NCBI GenBank assembly: GCA_963822695.1
Contig: CAWGJH010000010.1
Span: forward strand, 10,094-74,093
Direction of reading: 5' to 3'
From: an uncultured Actinomycetota bacterium
GTDB lineage: Bacteria > Actinomycetota > Actinomycetes > Mycobacteriales > Pseudonocardiaceae
Length of the DNA: 64,000 nt
Within the stretch, counting starts at the first letter, position 1, and every line of letters starts with the position of its first letter. The notes under the pieces are model-generated. The model ran no database searches. It was given only the letters and a program-made list of their open reading frames with translations, and was not told the DNA's origin. Position numbers and translations under genes: made by a program. Below, one piece after another: positions 44,179-53,691 of this stretch.

Positions 44179-44934
44179 ATGAACGCGCTGCACAGGCTGA
44201 AGGCTTACTTCGGCATGGTCCCCGCCGAGGAGTTCGACGCAGCGGAGTTCGATGACTATCACCCGGGCTACCGCTCCGGTTACCCGGAGCCGGTCAATGG
44301 CAGCCAGGGCTATGACCCCCAGAACTATGATCCCCAGAACTATGATCTAGAGTGTGGATCGGGGTTTGATAGAGCCACAGCGAACGCTGGCTTCGCCACC
44401 CGGGCTGGGCATCATGCGGCGCCCAGGATGCACCCCACCCGCTGCCCTTCCCGGGCCACGGAGCCTCATACCGCTGCGTCCCCAGTGACCGACCCCTGGG
44501 CCGCCGCACAGGCTCCGGTGCGCGGCTCGCTGGCCATCGATACGGTGGCCATCAATACCCCGTCAACGGCCCGCCAACCGGTCGTACCGCAACGTGTCAC
44601 GCCGGTGCCGCGAACCGCCCCGCTCGCCGAAGATCCGCTCGGAGACGACGGCGGGCACCCGCTGGCCCGCATCGTCACGTTGCACCCGCACAACTACAAC
44701 GAGGCCCGGCCCATCGGGGAACGCTACCGCGAGGGCAATCCGGTGATCATGAATCTGACCGCGATGGAGGACCGAGATGCCAAGCGGCTCGTCGACTTCG
44801 CGGCTGGGCTGGCCTTCGCGCTGCGCGGCTCGATCGACAAGGTCACCAACAAGGTTTTCCTCCTCTCGCCACCCAACGTCGACGTGTCTGCCGAGGACAG
44901 ACGCCGGATCGCCGAAGGTCGCTTTTTCAACTAA
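44179..44934 (+). CDS. sepF: cell-division protein SepF
   Basis: Starts MNALHRLKAYFGMVP. The C-terminal domain reads YNEARPIGERYREGNPVIMNLTAMEDRDAKRLVDFAAGLAFALRGSIDKV. Confidence 0.9.
   Translation: MNALHRLKAYFGMVPAEEFDAAEFDDYHPGYRSGYPEPVNGSQGYDPQNYDPQNYDLECGSGFDRATANAGFATRAGHHAAPRMHPTRCPSRATEPHTAASPVTDPWAAAQAPVRGSLAIDTVAINTPSTARQPVVPQRVTPVPRTAPLAEDPLGDDGGHPLARIVTLHPHNYNEARPIGERYREGNPVIMNLTAMEDRDAKRLVDFAAGLAFALRGSIDKVTNKVFLLSPPNVDVSAEDRRRIAEGRFFN
44311..44355 (+). repeat. 15-bp in-frame tandem repeat (about 2.7 units) in sepF linker
   Basis: Units are tatgacccccagaac / tatgatccccagaac / tatgatctagagtgt, encoding YDPQN YDPQN YDLEC. Confidence 0.85.
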
Positions 44935-44990
44935 CGCGGTCTAGGGGACCCGGTTCACCGCCGCTTAGCTACCGGTGGCAGAGTGTCGCC

Positions 44991-45281
44991 GTGGATGTGG
45001 TCCGTTGGGTCGTTTACTACCTGCTCTTCTTCTTCTGGCTGCTGCTCACGGCGCGTATCGTAGTGGAGCTTGTTCGCACCTTTGCACGCAGCTGGCAGCC
45101 GGTCGGGGGGGTAGCGATCGCCCTGGAGTCGGTCTATACCATGACCGATCCGCCGGTCCGGGCGCTCCGGCGGGTGATCAAGCCCATCCGGATCGGAGGT
45201 GTCGGGTTGGACCTGTCCATTATGCTTCTGCTGTTCGTGGTGCTCATACTGATGCGCGTGGTGGAGCCGATGAGGTTCTAG
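44991..45281 (+). CDS. yggT: YggT-family membrane protein
   Basis: 96 aa, two TM segments, TDPPVRALRRVIKPI motif, in the conserved position. Confidence 0.85.
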   Translation: MDVVRWVVYYLLFFFWLLLTARIVVELVRTFARSWQPVGGVAIALESVYTMTDPPVRALRRVIKPIRIGGVGLDLSIMLLLFVVLILMRVVEPMRF

Positions 45282-45363
45282 CGGCCCCTGGGTTCGGGGC
45301 GTGACGCCCCAAGATGTCCCCCTAGCATGTACATAGTCGTCGAGGAGTGCGTGAGGTGATCCG

Positions 45364-46155
45364 ATGCCGTTGACCCCCGCCGACGTTCACAACGTCGCGT
45401 TCAGTAAGCCGCCGATCGGCAAGCGGGGCTACAACGAGGACGAGGTGGACGCCTTCCTCGACCTGGTTGAAGCCGAGCTGGCCCGGTTGATTGAGGAGAA
45501 CAACGAGCTTCGCAACCAGGTTGAGCAGCTCGATCAGCAGCTGCGCGCTGCGCCGGTGGACACCGGGCGTAACCTTCGTACGCTGGAGCCTCCTCGGCCG
45601 GTGATGGCTCCAGTGCCGCCGCCGATGAGGGAGCAGACGTCCTCGGGTGGCGATCATCACGTCCAAGCCGCCAAGGTGTTGGGTCTGGCCCAGGAAATGG
45701 CGGACCGGTTGACCGGCGAGGCCAAGGCCGAGGCGGACGGGATGTTGGGCGAGGCCCGCACCAAGTCCGAGCAGCTGCTCTCCGATGCGCGGGCAAAGGC
45801 CGACGGCATGGTCAACGAGGCCAGAGGCCGATCCGAGACCCTGCTCAATGACGCCCGTACCAGAGCCGAGACCCTGGACCGGCAGTCCCGCGAGAAGGCT
45901 GTGTCGCTGGAGCGCGATGCGGCACGCAAGCACACCGAGATCATCGGTTCGATCAGCCAGGAGAAGAGCATCCTGGAGAAGAAGATCGACGAACTGCGCA
46001 CGTTTGAGCGTGAGTACCGCACCCGCTTGAAGACCTACCTGGAGTCGCAACTCCGGGAACTCGATGGGCGTGGATCTGCCGCGCCAGCAGACGCGGTGCG
46101 CACTCAGGGCTTTGTCACGTCCGGGTTCGGTGCGCGTGCCGAAGCCGGTAGCTGA
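45364..46155 (+). CDS. divIVA: DivIVA/Wag31 polar growth determinant
   Basis: Starts [46 protein letters not shown], followed by coiled coil. Confidence 0.97.
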   Translation: MPLTPADVHNVAFSKPPIGKRGYNEDEVDAFLDLVEAELARLIEENNELRNQVEQLDQQLRAAPVDTGRNLRTLEPPRPVMAPVPPPMREQTSSGGDHHVQAAKVLGLAQEMADRLTGEAKAEADGMLGEARTKSEQLLSDARAKADGMVNEARGRSETLLNDARTRAETLDRQSREKAVSLERDAARKHTEIIGSISQEKSILEKKIDELRTFEREYRTRLKTYLESQLRELDGRGSAAPADAVRTQGFVTSGFGARAEAGS

Positions 46156-46165
46156 CGCGCTCGAC

Positions 46166-46717
46166 GTGTGTGTCACTGCGCTGCTCCTAGCAGCAGTAGG
46201 ACTGATCGTTGTCGCACTCAGCACCGGTCATGCTGGGCTGGCGTGGGGATCGGTTGCGCTGAGCGTCGTGGCTGCGGCACTGATTCTCAGGCGTTGGCGG
46301 CGGTCCTGGTTGCAACGCCAGGACACGCCTGAGGATGAGCTGGTTCTCCCGCTGGAGGACGAGTCCATCGATACCCAGTTGGGCGAACAACCGTTGCACT
46401 CCGTGTCGGTGACCGGAAGCCAGGAGGCTCAGCCGGGCTCGGCGTCTGCCGATAAGGACGCCCAGCCCGGTGAGGAAGATACCGACGCTGCGGACCTGCT
46501 GGTGGTGTACGAGCTGATCGACGAGGTGCTGGTGGTTGATGAACACCCGCGCTACCATCTTGCATGTTGCCGGTTGCCCGACCACACGCGCGTCGATCGG
46601 TTGCCGGTGCGCGAGGCGAGGGAGCTGGGTTTCACGCCGTGTGCCCGCTGTCGGCCGGATACCACGCTTGCCCGCAAGCACCGGGCCGCCCGCGCGGCGA
46701 CCACTGGGAGCAGTTGA
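46166..46717 (+). CDS. membrane protein with C-terminal Cys motif (conserved divIVA neighbour)
   Basis: The start is uncertain. One or two TM segments, an acidic linker, then VVDEHPRYHLACCRLPDH...GFTPCARCRPD. Confidence 0.55.
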   Translation: MCVTALLLAAVGLIVVALSTGHAGLAWGSVALSVVAAALILRRWRRSWLQRQDTPEDELVLPLEDESIDTQLGEQPLHSVSVTGSQEAQPGSASADKDAQPGEEDTDAADLLVVYELIDEVLVVDEHPRYHLACCRLPDHTRVDRLPVREARELGFTPCARCRPDTTLARKHRAARAATTGSS

Positions 46718-46727
46718 GTTCGCAGCA

Positions 46728-47537
46728 GTGTCCCAGCACCCAACGTCCCAGCACCCACACCCACTGACGAGCCCTGCAGCAGCTCGTTGGCGTGAGCTGC
46801 TGCAGGCTCGGGCAATTCCCGCCGAGATCCTGGCCGCCGCCCCGAGAGACCCGAGCCGACATGATCCTGCCCGGTTCGTGGCGTCGGTGACCCCGAGGGA
46901 CACCCCGTCGCGTCGCGCCGCGTTGCAGTTGCTGGGGCCTGATGGCGGAACCGTTCTCGATGTCGGGTGTGGTGCAGGTGCCGCCGGACTCGCCCTGGTG
47001 CCCAAGGTGTCGCACCTGACCGGGGTCGATCACGCTGACGACATGCTGCGCGCATTCGAGCGGGCCTGCGAGCAGCGCGGGTTGGCGCATCGCAGCGTGC
47101 ACGGCCCGTGGCCGCAAGCGGCGGCTGATGCAGGCATCGCCGATGTGGTGGTCAGCCACCACGTGGGCTACAACACCCTCGACTTGGTGCCCTTCGTCGT
47201 CGCGCTCGGCGCCGCCGCCCGCCGCGGGGTTGTCGTCGAGCTGCACGCCGTGCATCCGGGGGCCTGGCTGGATCCGTTGTGGTTGCGCTTTCATGGGTTG
47301 CGCCGCCCGCCGCCCGCCACCGCCGACGACGTGCTGGCCTTGTTTGCCGAGGTGGGGATACACCCCGAGGTCCAGCGCTGGACCCGAACCGCCCAATCTC
47401 GCAATCCCGAGGCGGAGCTCGACTTCTCGATGCGGAGGCTGTGCCTGCCTGCCGAGCGCCGGGGCGAGGTCGCCGAGGCGGTGGCGAGGTTGGGCCCGCG
47501 GCACCGCGACCTGGTCACGATCTCCTGGTCCGGCTGA
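46728..47537 (+). CDS. class I SAM-dependent methyltransferase
   Basis: Has GGTVLDVGCGAGAAGLAL (motif I). The start is uncertain. Confidence 0.75.
   Translation: MSQHPTSQHPHPLTSPAAARWRELLQARAIPAEILAAAPRDPSRHDPARFVASVTPRDTPSRRAALQLLGPDGGTVLDVGCGAGAAGLALVPKVSHLTGVDHADDMLRAFERACEQRGLAHRSVHGPWPQAAADAGIADVVVSHHVGYNTLDLVPFVVALGAAARRGVVVELHAVHPGAWLDPLWLRFHGLRRPPPATADDVLALFAEVGIHPEVQRWTRTAQSRNPEAELDFSMRRLCLPAERRGEVAEAVARLGPRHRDLVTISWSG
46731..46760 (+). repeat. 15-bp tandem duplication at methyltransferase 5' end
   Basis: Units are tcccagcacccaacg / tcccagcacccacac. Confidence 0.8.
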
Positions 47538-47564
47538 CCCGTTAGCCTGCGGGACAATCCGGGC

Positions 47565-49043
47565 GTGAACGGGGTGGAGTTCGCGCTCGGGGCGGGGGCG
47601 GCGGTGTTGCTGCTGGCTGTGTTCGCCGTGCGGGTCTCCACCCGGCTCGGGCTGCCGTCGTTGCTGCTCTATCTGGCTATCGGCCTGCTGATCGGCGAGT
47701 CCGGCCTGGTCATCGATTTCTCCGATGCGCCGCTCACCGCCGCTCTGGGCATTGCCGGCCTGGTACTGATCCTGGCCGAGGGTGGTCTCACCACTCGCTG
47801 GTCGGTGATTCGCCCAGCGCTGGCCTGGGGGATCGCGCTGGCCACCGTGGCGGTCGGGGTGAACATCGCTATCACCGGATGGGCGCTGCACCTGTTGCTG
47901 CGTCTGGACTGGCGCACGGCGCTGCTGTGGGGCGCGGTGTTGTCCTCGACCGATGCGGCCGCAGTCTTCAGCGTGTTGCGGGCGCTGAAGGTGCCGCCCC
48001 GGCTGGCGGGCGCGCTTGAGATGGAGTCGGGCATCAACGACGCGCCGGTCTACATCGTGGTGGTGCTACTCGCGGCGGGCGACCCGCTGCGCTGGTGGAC
48101 GCCCCTTCTGGTCGGCTACGAGCTGCTCGTCGGCGCTGTGGTGGGGGTGGCGCTGGGGATCGCGGGAGCATGGGCGCTGCGCCGGGCGGCGTTGCCCGCG
48201 ACCGGTCTCTACCCGCTGGCGACCATCGCGGTCTGCGTGCTCGCCTTCGCCGCCGGACAAGGTCTGCACGCCTCGGGGTTCCTGGCGACCTACCTGGCCG
48301 GGCTGGTGCTCGGCAACGCTCACCTGCCGCACCGCGGAGATACTCTCTCCTTCGCCGAGGGTCTGGGCTGGCTCGCCCAGATCGCCCTGTTCGTGCTGCT
48401 GGGTCTCTACGCCTCGCCGGCTCGCTTGCCCGGTGTGCTGATCCCGGCGCTGGTCGCCGGGGCGGTGCTGGTCGTGCTGGCGCGTCCGTTGTCGGTGGCG
48501 CTCGCCCTGACACCGTTGCGGGTGCCCTGGCGGGAGCAGGTTTTTCTGTCGTGGTCGGGGTTGCGTGGTGCGGTACCCATTGTGCTGGCGTTGATCGCGC
48601 TCACCAGAGGCTTCCCGGGGGCCGGGCGGCTGGTGGACGTGGTGTTCGTCCTGGTTGTGCTGCTCACCGTGGTGCAGGGTGTCACGCTGCCGCTGGTCGT
48701 GCGGTGGCTGGGACTGTCCTGCCCGGAGCAGAGTTGGGACATGGAGGTCGACTCCGCTGCATTGGACGAGATGGACGCTGAGCTGCTCCAGATCCGGGTG
48801 CCCCGGCCCTCGCGGCTGCACGGTGTCTACCTCTGGGAGCTGAGGCTCCCCATCGGGGCGGTGGTCAGCCTGGTGGTGCGCAACGGGAACGGGTTCACCC
48901 CCCAACCGACCACCCGGCTGGAGGAGGGCGACCAGCTGTTGATCGTCACCACGGCTGGCAACCGGGATAAGGCTGAGCAGCGGATCCGAGCAGTGCACCG
49001 GGCCGGTCGGCTGGCCCGGTGGCGTGGGGAGACCGGCGTCTGA
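47565..49043 (+). CDS. K+/H+ antiporter (CPA1/NhaP2-like) with C-terminal TrkA-C domain
   Basis: About 11 TM segments, ESGINDAP, and a C-terminal RLPIGAVVSLVVRNG...GDQLLIV. Confidence 0.85.
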   Translation: MNGVEFALGAGAAVLLLAVFAVRVSTRLGLPSLLLYLAIGLLIGESGLVIDFSDAPLTAALGIAGLVLILAEGGLTTRWSVIRPALAWGIALATVAVGVNIAITGWALHLLLRLDWRTALLWGAVLSSTDAAAVFSVLRALKVPPRLAGALEMESGINDAPVYIVVVLLAAGDPLRWWTPLLVGYELLVGAVVGVALGIAGAWALRRAALPATGLYPLATIAVCVLAFAAGQGLHASGFLATYLAGLVLGNAHLPHRGDTLSFAEGLGWLAQIALFVLLGLYASPARLPGVLIPALVAGAVLVVLARPLSVALALTPLRVPWREQVFLSWSGLRGAVPIVLALIALTRGFPGAGRLVDVVFVLVVLLTVVQGVTLPLVVRWLGLSCPEQSWDMEVDSAALDEMDAELLQIRVPRPSRLHGVYLWELRLPIGAVVSLVVRNGNGFTPQPTTRLEEGDQLLIVTTAGNRDKAEQRIRAVHRAGRLARWRGETGV

Positions 49044-49075
49044 GGACCGGACCGGCGGTTGGTCACAATGGCGAC

Positions 49076-49705
49076 ATGAACCCATCGCAGCATGCCGAGG
49101 AATCGGCCGCCGGCGACCAGGACATCTCCGAGGTGTCGCCGGGCCGTCGCCGGACCGGCTTGCTGGCCACTACCGCCACTGTCACGCTCTTGCTGGACGT
49201 GCTGAGCAAGATCCTTGCGGTGATGATCCTGGAGGGCCATCGGCCGGTGGAGCTGTTGGGCGGCGCGCTGTACCTCGTGGTCTACCGCAACTCGGGTGCG
49301 GCGTTCTCGATGGCGACCGGGTTGACCTGGCTGCTGTCGCTGATCGCTCTAGGCGTCGTCGTGATGATCCTCCGGCTGGCGCCCCGGCTGCGCAGCGCCG
49401 GTTGGGCCCTCGGGCTCGGGCTGGTGCTGGGAGGTGCGCTGGGCAATCTGGTGGACCGGCTGCTGCGCGCCCCTGGTCCGCTGCGCGGGCACGTGGTGGA
49501 CTTCCTGTCGCTGCTGGCGCCGGATGGCAGCGTGTGGCCGGTGTTCAACCTGGCAGACTCGGCGATCGTGTGCGGTGGTGTGCTGCTGGTCCTGCTCGCC
49601 GCCACCGGTCGGGACTTCGACGGCACCCATGTCCATCGACGGTCCGGCTGTCCTGAATCTGGCTGTCCTGAATCCGGCGGTACTGGATTTGGGGCCCCAG
49701 AATGA
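49076..49705 (+). CDS. lspA: lipoprotein signal peptidase II
   Basis: Has [10 protein letters not shown]...[10 protein letters not shown]...VVDFL....[11 protein letters not shown]. Confidence 0.9.
   Translation: MNPSQHAEESAAGDQDISEVSPGRRRTGLLATTATVTLLLDVLSKILAVMILEGHRPVELLGGALYLVVYRNSGAAFSMATGLTWLLSLIALGVVVMILRLAPRLRSAGWALGLGLVLGGALGNLVDRLLRAPGPLRGHVVDFLSLLAPDGSVWPVFNLADSAIVCGGVLLVLLAATGRDFDGTHVHRRSGCPESGCPESGGTGFGAPE
49646..49690 (+). repeat. 15-bp in-frame tandem repeat x3 in lspA 3' end
   Basis: Units are ggctgtcctgaatct / ggctgtcctgaatcc / ggcggtactggattt, encoding [15 protein letters not shown]. Confidence 0.85.
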
Positions 49706-50631
49706 ATGCTGTCCGGACGCTGCCGGTGCCTGAGGGGCTTGAGGGTATGCGCGTGGACGCCGGGCTGGCACGGTTGCTGGGGCTGTCTCGAACAGCGGTG
49801 GCTGGGCTGACCGAGGCCGGTGCGGTGCTGGTAGACGGCAGCCCGGTGGGCAAATCTGACCGCCTGGCTGCGGGCAGCTGGCTTGAGGTGACCCTGCCCG
49901 ATCCTCAGCGCCCCGCCGCGGTAATGGCCGAGCCAGTGACCGGGCTGCGGGTGCTGTACGAGGATGCCGACCTGGTGGTGGTGGACAAGCCGGTCGGGGT
50001 GGCCGCGCACCCCAGCCCGGGCTGGACCGGACCCACCGTGCTCGGAGGGCTCGCTGCGGCTGGAATCCAGGTGGCTACGTCGGGCTCGGCCGAGCGCCAC
50101 GGCGTGGTGCACCGGCTGGACGTGGGCACCAGCGGCCTGATGACGGTCGCCAAGTCGCAGCGCGGCTACTCGGCGCTGAAGCGGGCGTTCCGGGATCGCA
50201 CTGTCGCCAAGCACTACCGGGTGCTGGTGCAGGGCCACCCGGATCCCACTCGAGGCACCATCGACGCCCCGATCGACCGGAGCCCCAAGCACGACTGGCG
50301 TTTTGCCGTGGTGGCTGGTGGCAAGCCGTCGGTGACGCACTACGAGGTGATCGAGGCGTTCCCGGCTGCCTCGCTGTGTGAGGTGAACCTGGAGACAGGT
50401 CGCACGCACCAGATCCGGGTGCACTTCGCCGCGCTGCGGCACCCATGTTGTGGGGACCTCACCTACGGTGCGGACCCCGCACTGGCGCAGCGGCTCGGGT
50501 TGGACAGGCAGTGGCTGCACGCCGCGCGGTTGGGTTTCCCACACCCCGCTGACGACCGCTGGGTGGAATTCACCAGCCCGGATCCGGACGACCTGCGCCG
50601 CGCGCTGGACGTGCTGGCCGCGCAGGCGTAA
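49702..50631 (+). CDS. rluD: RluA/RluD-family 23S rRNA pseudouridine synthase
   Basis: S4-like N-terminus, [11 protein letters not shown], and [13 protein letters not shown] overlap with lspA. Confidence 0.88.
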   Translation: MNAVRTLPVPEGLEGMRVDAGLARLLGLSRTAVAGLTEAGAVLVDGSPVGKSDRLAAGSWLEVTLPDPQRPAAVMAEPVTGLRVLYEDADLVVVDKPVGVAAHPSPGWTGPTVLGGLAAAGIQVATSGSAERHGVVHRLDVGTSGLMTVAKSQRGYSALKRAFRDRTVAKHYRVLVQGHPDPTRGTIDAPIDRSPKHDWRFAVVAGGKPSVTHYEVIEAFPAASLCEVNLETGRTHQIRVHFAALRHPCCGDLTYGADPALAQRLGLDRQWLHAARLGFPHPADDRWVEFTSPDPDDLRRALDVLAAQA

Positions 50632-50794
50632 TGGATCGGCATATCGTTCGGGTGGCGGCAGTTACGCGCTCATCGAAAGAGCCGACGGTCAGCGGGTCGC
50701 GTCCCGTTTCCGGCGTGTCTCGGCCGAACCCCTCCAACACCGACAGGGGCCCACGTGCTTGAATAGCCACATGCGCATGGCCTAACTTCGCTTC

Positions 50795-51160
50795 ATGCCC
50801 GACGTACCGCCGGCCAACTCAGCGGCGCCGGGGGCCGGTGGACCGAGGGCACTAGCCGACGCTGCCGAGCTGTTCAAGGTGCTCGGCGCGGAAGTTCGCC
50901 TGGCAATCGTGGTCGAACTCGCCAAGGCGCCGCGGTCGGTGCAGGAGCTCGTCGACACTCTCGGGGTGCGTCAGCCGCTGGTATCCCAGCACCTGCGGGT
51001 GCTGCGGTCAGCCCGGCTGGTCACTGCCGAACGCTGCCACCGCCAGCGGTTATACCGGCTCGTGGACGAGCACGTGCGCCAGATCGTCACCGACGCCCTG
51101 CAACACGCCCTCGAGCATCCCTGTAAAAAAAGCGGCTCAAGCCGCGTGCGTGCACGTTGA
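50795..51160 (+). CDS. ArsR/SmtB-family metal-responsive repressor
   Basis: Has LFKVLGAEVRLAIVVELAKAPRSVQELVDTLGVRQPLVSQHLRVLRSARLV. A CATGCGCATG palindrome lies at 50770-50779, just upstream. Confidence 0.85.
   Translation: MPDVPPANSAAPGAGGPRALADAAELFKVLGAEVRLAIVVELAKAPRSVQELVDTLGVRQPLVSQHLRVLRSARLVTAERCHRQRLYRLVDEHVRQIVTDALQHALEHPCKKSGSSRVRAR
51125..51145 (-). terminator. intrinsic terminator of the Cys-rich gene (embedded in the arsR 3' end)
   Basis: The minus strand reads GCGGC-TTGA-GCCGC followed by T7. The TGA stop of the Cys-rich gene sits in the loop. Confidence 0.6.
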
Positions 51161-51462
51161 ACACGCGCAGTCCGCGCACGTGCAGTTGTTGCAGGCGTCT
51201 GCGCAGTGCTCACATTGACACATGGCGTGGTTGCAACTCGGGCAGTCGCAATCCGCGCAGTCGCACACGGCGCAGGAGTCCGAGCAATTCGCGCAACTGC
51301 AGGCGCTGCACTCGTCGTAGTGCACCCCCTTATCGGTGCGATGCTCGCGGTGAACGTGGCCGTCATGCAGATAGTCAACATGGTCGCCGTGCAGCACTGA
51401 TTCGTGTCCGCACCCTGGGCCGTGGGTGTGGCTGTGGTGCTCTGCCTGCGTGTGCTTCATCG
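51137..51462 (-). CDS. His-rich / Cys-rich metal-binding (metallothionein-like) protein
   Basis: ATG at 51462 follows GGAGAGGGAGG. The N-terminal part is HHSHTHGPGCGHESVLHGDHVDYLHDGHVHREH. The C-terminal 57 aa contain 19 Cys in CxC/CxxC arrays. Confidence 0.75.
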
Positions 51463-51591
51463 TAGTCAAGGTGCCTCCCTCTCCGGCGAACCATCTCATG
51501 CTTATATGCGCAGCTACGAATGTCAAGAGCGCAGGCGTGTGGCGGTCGGCGGACGGGGTTCGCTACCGCCGGTGCTCGGACTGATGGACGC

Positions 51592-51918
51592 TCAGCCCGG
51601 CTCACCGCGGCGCTTGCGATGGAGCACCCACGCCAGGTCCACCAACGCGATCACCGCCAGCACCGCGAGCACCACGCCGAACGCCACCAGTTTCGCCTTG
51701 ATCATAACCACTGCGGCCACGGTGCAGAGCACCAGGCCAAAACCGGCCAGCACCGCCCGCAAGGTCAGTGCGCTGCGGGCCGGCGCAGCCCCGCCGAATC
51801 CCGCAGTCGGGTCGTGGTAGCCGGGCAGCCCCCGTTCGTAGTCGCCCCTGGTACGGCGGCGCGGGTGTGGGTTCGGCTGCTGAGACGTGTGTCCTCCGGA
51901 TGGATCCCGGTTCGTCAC
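51592..51918 (-). CDS. small two-TM membrane protein
   Basis: GTG at 51918 follows AGGGAGGAGCAG. Two hydrophobic helices and a basic tail, HRKRRGEPG. Confidence 0.55.
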   Translation of the reverse strand: MTNRDPSGGHTSQQPNPHPRRRTRGDYERGLPGYHDPTAGFGGAAPARSALTLRAVLAGFGLVLCTVAAVVMIKAKLVAFGVVLAVLAVIALVDLAWVLHRKRRGEPG

Positions 51919-52076
51919 CTGCTCCTCCCTGGGGCACGTAAGGGGCGTACCCGCCTCCCAGGCGTACCCACGGTGAACGGGGCAGAAAACGTCGGGCCAG
52001 CACCCCTGGCTGCGCCCGGCAGCGCCTCGGCAAGCGGACGACAAGCACATGATCTGGGTGAGGGGGGTATGGGCGG

Positions 52077-52912
52077 CTATGTCGCGCCGAGCACACCGTG
52101 CGGGTCGAGAACGAACTCTTAGGTACGCCCTGGTCGAACTCCTGATAACCCCGCGGTGCATCGTCCAAGGTGATCACGGTGGCGTTGACGTTCTTGGCGA
52201 TCTGTACCCGATCATTAAGGATCGCCATCATCAGCTCGCGTTGATAACGCATGGCAGGGCATTGTCCGGTGGCGAACGAGTGCGCCTTGGCCCAGCCGAC
52301 GCCGAACCGCAGGGACAGCGCTCCCCGCTGCGCATGGGGGTCACTGGCTCCGGGATCCTCCGTGACGTACAGCCCGGGAATGCCGATGGCGCCGCCGGCC
52401 CGAGTAACGTCCATCGCGGCGTTGAGCACCGTCGCCGGTGCCTCGCGCCCGTCTCTGCCACCACGCGCCTCGAATCCGACCGCATCGACCCGACCGTAGC
52501 GTCCACCTCGGCAACGCCGAGGATCTGCTCGATCTGGTCGGGCAACGGGCGTCTTGCGCTCCTTGCAGTTACGGCATCGGCCACAGGCCACGTGAAAAGG
52601 AACCGATACCAGATCACCCACGGCGACGAACTCGACGTCGCGGCCCTTCTCGACCACCTCTCCGGTGATTTCATGACCCAGCACCAAGCCTAGCGGTGCG
52701 GTCGTCCGGCCCCGCACCATGTGCTGGTCACTGCCACAGATGTTGGTGGCGAGGATCTTCACGATCACCCCGTGCGGGCACTGCCGTCACGCATTCGCGG
52801 GGGGGGGGGGGGGCACGTCAGGACCAGGCTTGAGCACGAACTCGGGGTAGTCGATGGACTCCACCGAGACCTTGCCAGGTCCCTGATACACGACTCCACG
52901 GTTACTGGCCAC
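52077..52912 (-). pseudogene. fdhA: glutathione-independent formaldehyde dehydrogenase (FdhA-like Zn-ADH), decayed
   Basis: The N-terminus is VASNRGVVYQGPGKVSVESIDYP. There is an in-frame TGA at 52787-52789 before CPHGVIVKILATNICGSDQHMVRGRTT. The central ~170 aa (Rossmann part) are missing. A 1-nt deletion near the end disrupts GVPK(K)FVLDPHGVLGAT*. Confidence 0.8.
52799..52813. repeat. G15 homopolymer (C15 on the coding strand, encodes PPPPP)
   Basis: Uninterrupted run of 15 G inside the fdhA remnant. Confidence 0.95.
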
Positions 52913-53484
52913 CTGCGTCAGCTCCCTCCCGGCCCACCGGCCACCATAGCTTGCCGCCCTAAAGTGGCAAACCCGCCGTGGTAAGGCTTCGTCCTGCGGG
53001 GTCGGCTTAGACGTCCGCACTGGTGTTCCCAGGCTGAGGTACACCCAGTGCGGAACACCCCGGGACAGCAGAGCAGGTGAGTCTCGCGGTCCGAAAAACA
53101 GCTGGACGGAGCTCACCGCAGGTGAACGAGACACGACCGCAGTCACTTCGATCACAACGCGTCATGGCGGCGGCGCGATTTTGCGCCCAGGCAAGGGCGT
53201 ACGCAACGCACACTCATCGGCATGAGCGGACGTTGCGGCGCATCGGAGATTCTCACAACTGACCAGATGTAAAAGTTCTGCGAGAGGCCGTGTTCGACTT
53301 CTGTCCGCCCAGGTCGCGATTCCAAAAACACCTCTCAAAATTATCACATCCTTCGAGGGAGTTCTGACTCGAATCCGCGAGTAGTGGTGCGACACGGGTC
53401 GTGAGAGGGGAATAGGTGCCCTGTGGCCTGGGATGATGATGCTGTCAAGGACATGATCACTCGGGTTGGAAGGACACCTATCTG

Positions 53485-53691
53485 GTGGGCAGGTTACGTG
53501 GTGGGGAGCGGGTTTGTGATCGGGGTTATTCGGTGGGTGAGTTGCTGGTGGGCTTGGCTGCGGCCCAGTTGACGGGAGAAGATCATCTCATCGGCCTGGA
53601 TCGGCATCGTGCGGAGGCGGTGGGTCAGGAGTTGATCGATCTGGATACCTTCTCAGGTCCGCCTACCTCAAGCCGGATTCCCAACCATTGA
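53485..53691 (+). mobile_element. IS1380-family transposase N-terminal remnant
   Basis: DRGYSVGELLVGLAAAQLTGEDHLIGLDRHRAEAVGQEL resembles the IS1380 N-terminal region. Only about 60 aa remain. Confidence 0.45.

Noticed and set aside
52787-52789. TGA in fdhA as a third selenocysteine codon
   Set aside because: Homologues have Gly, not Cys/Sec, at this site. The gene also has a large internal deletion and a frameshift, so it is a pseudogene.
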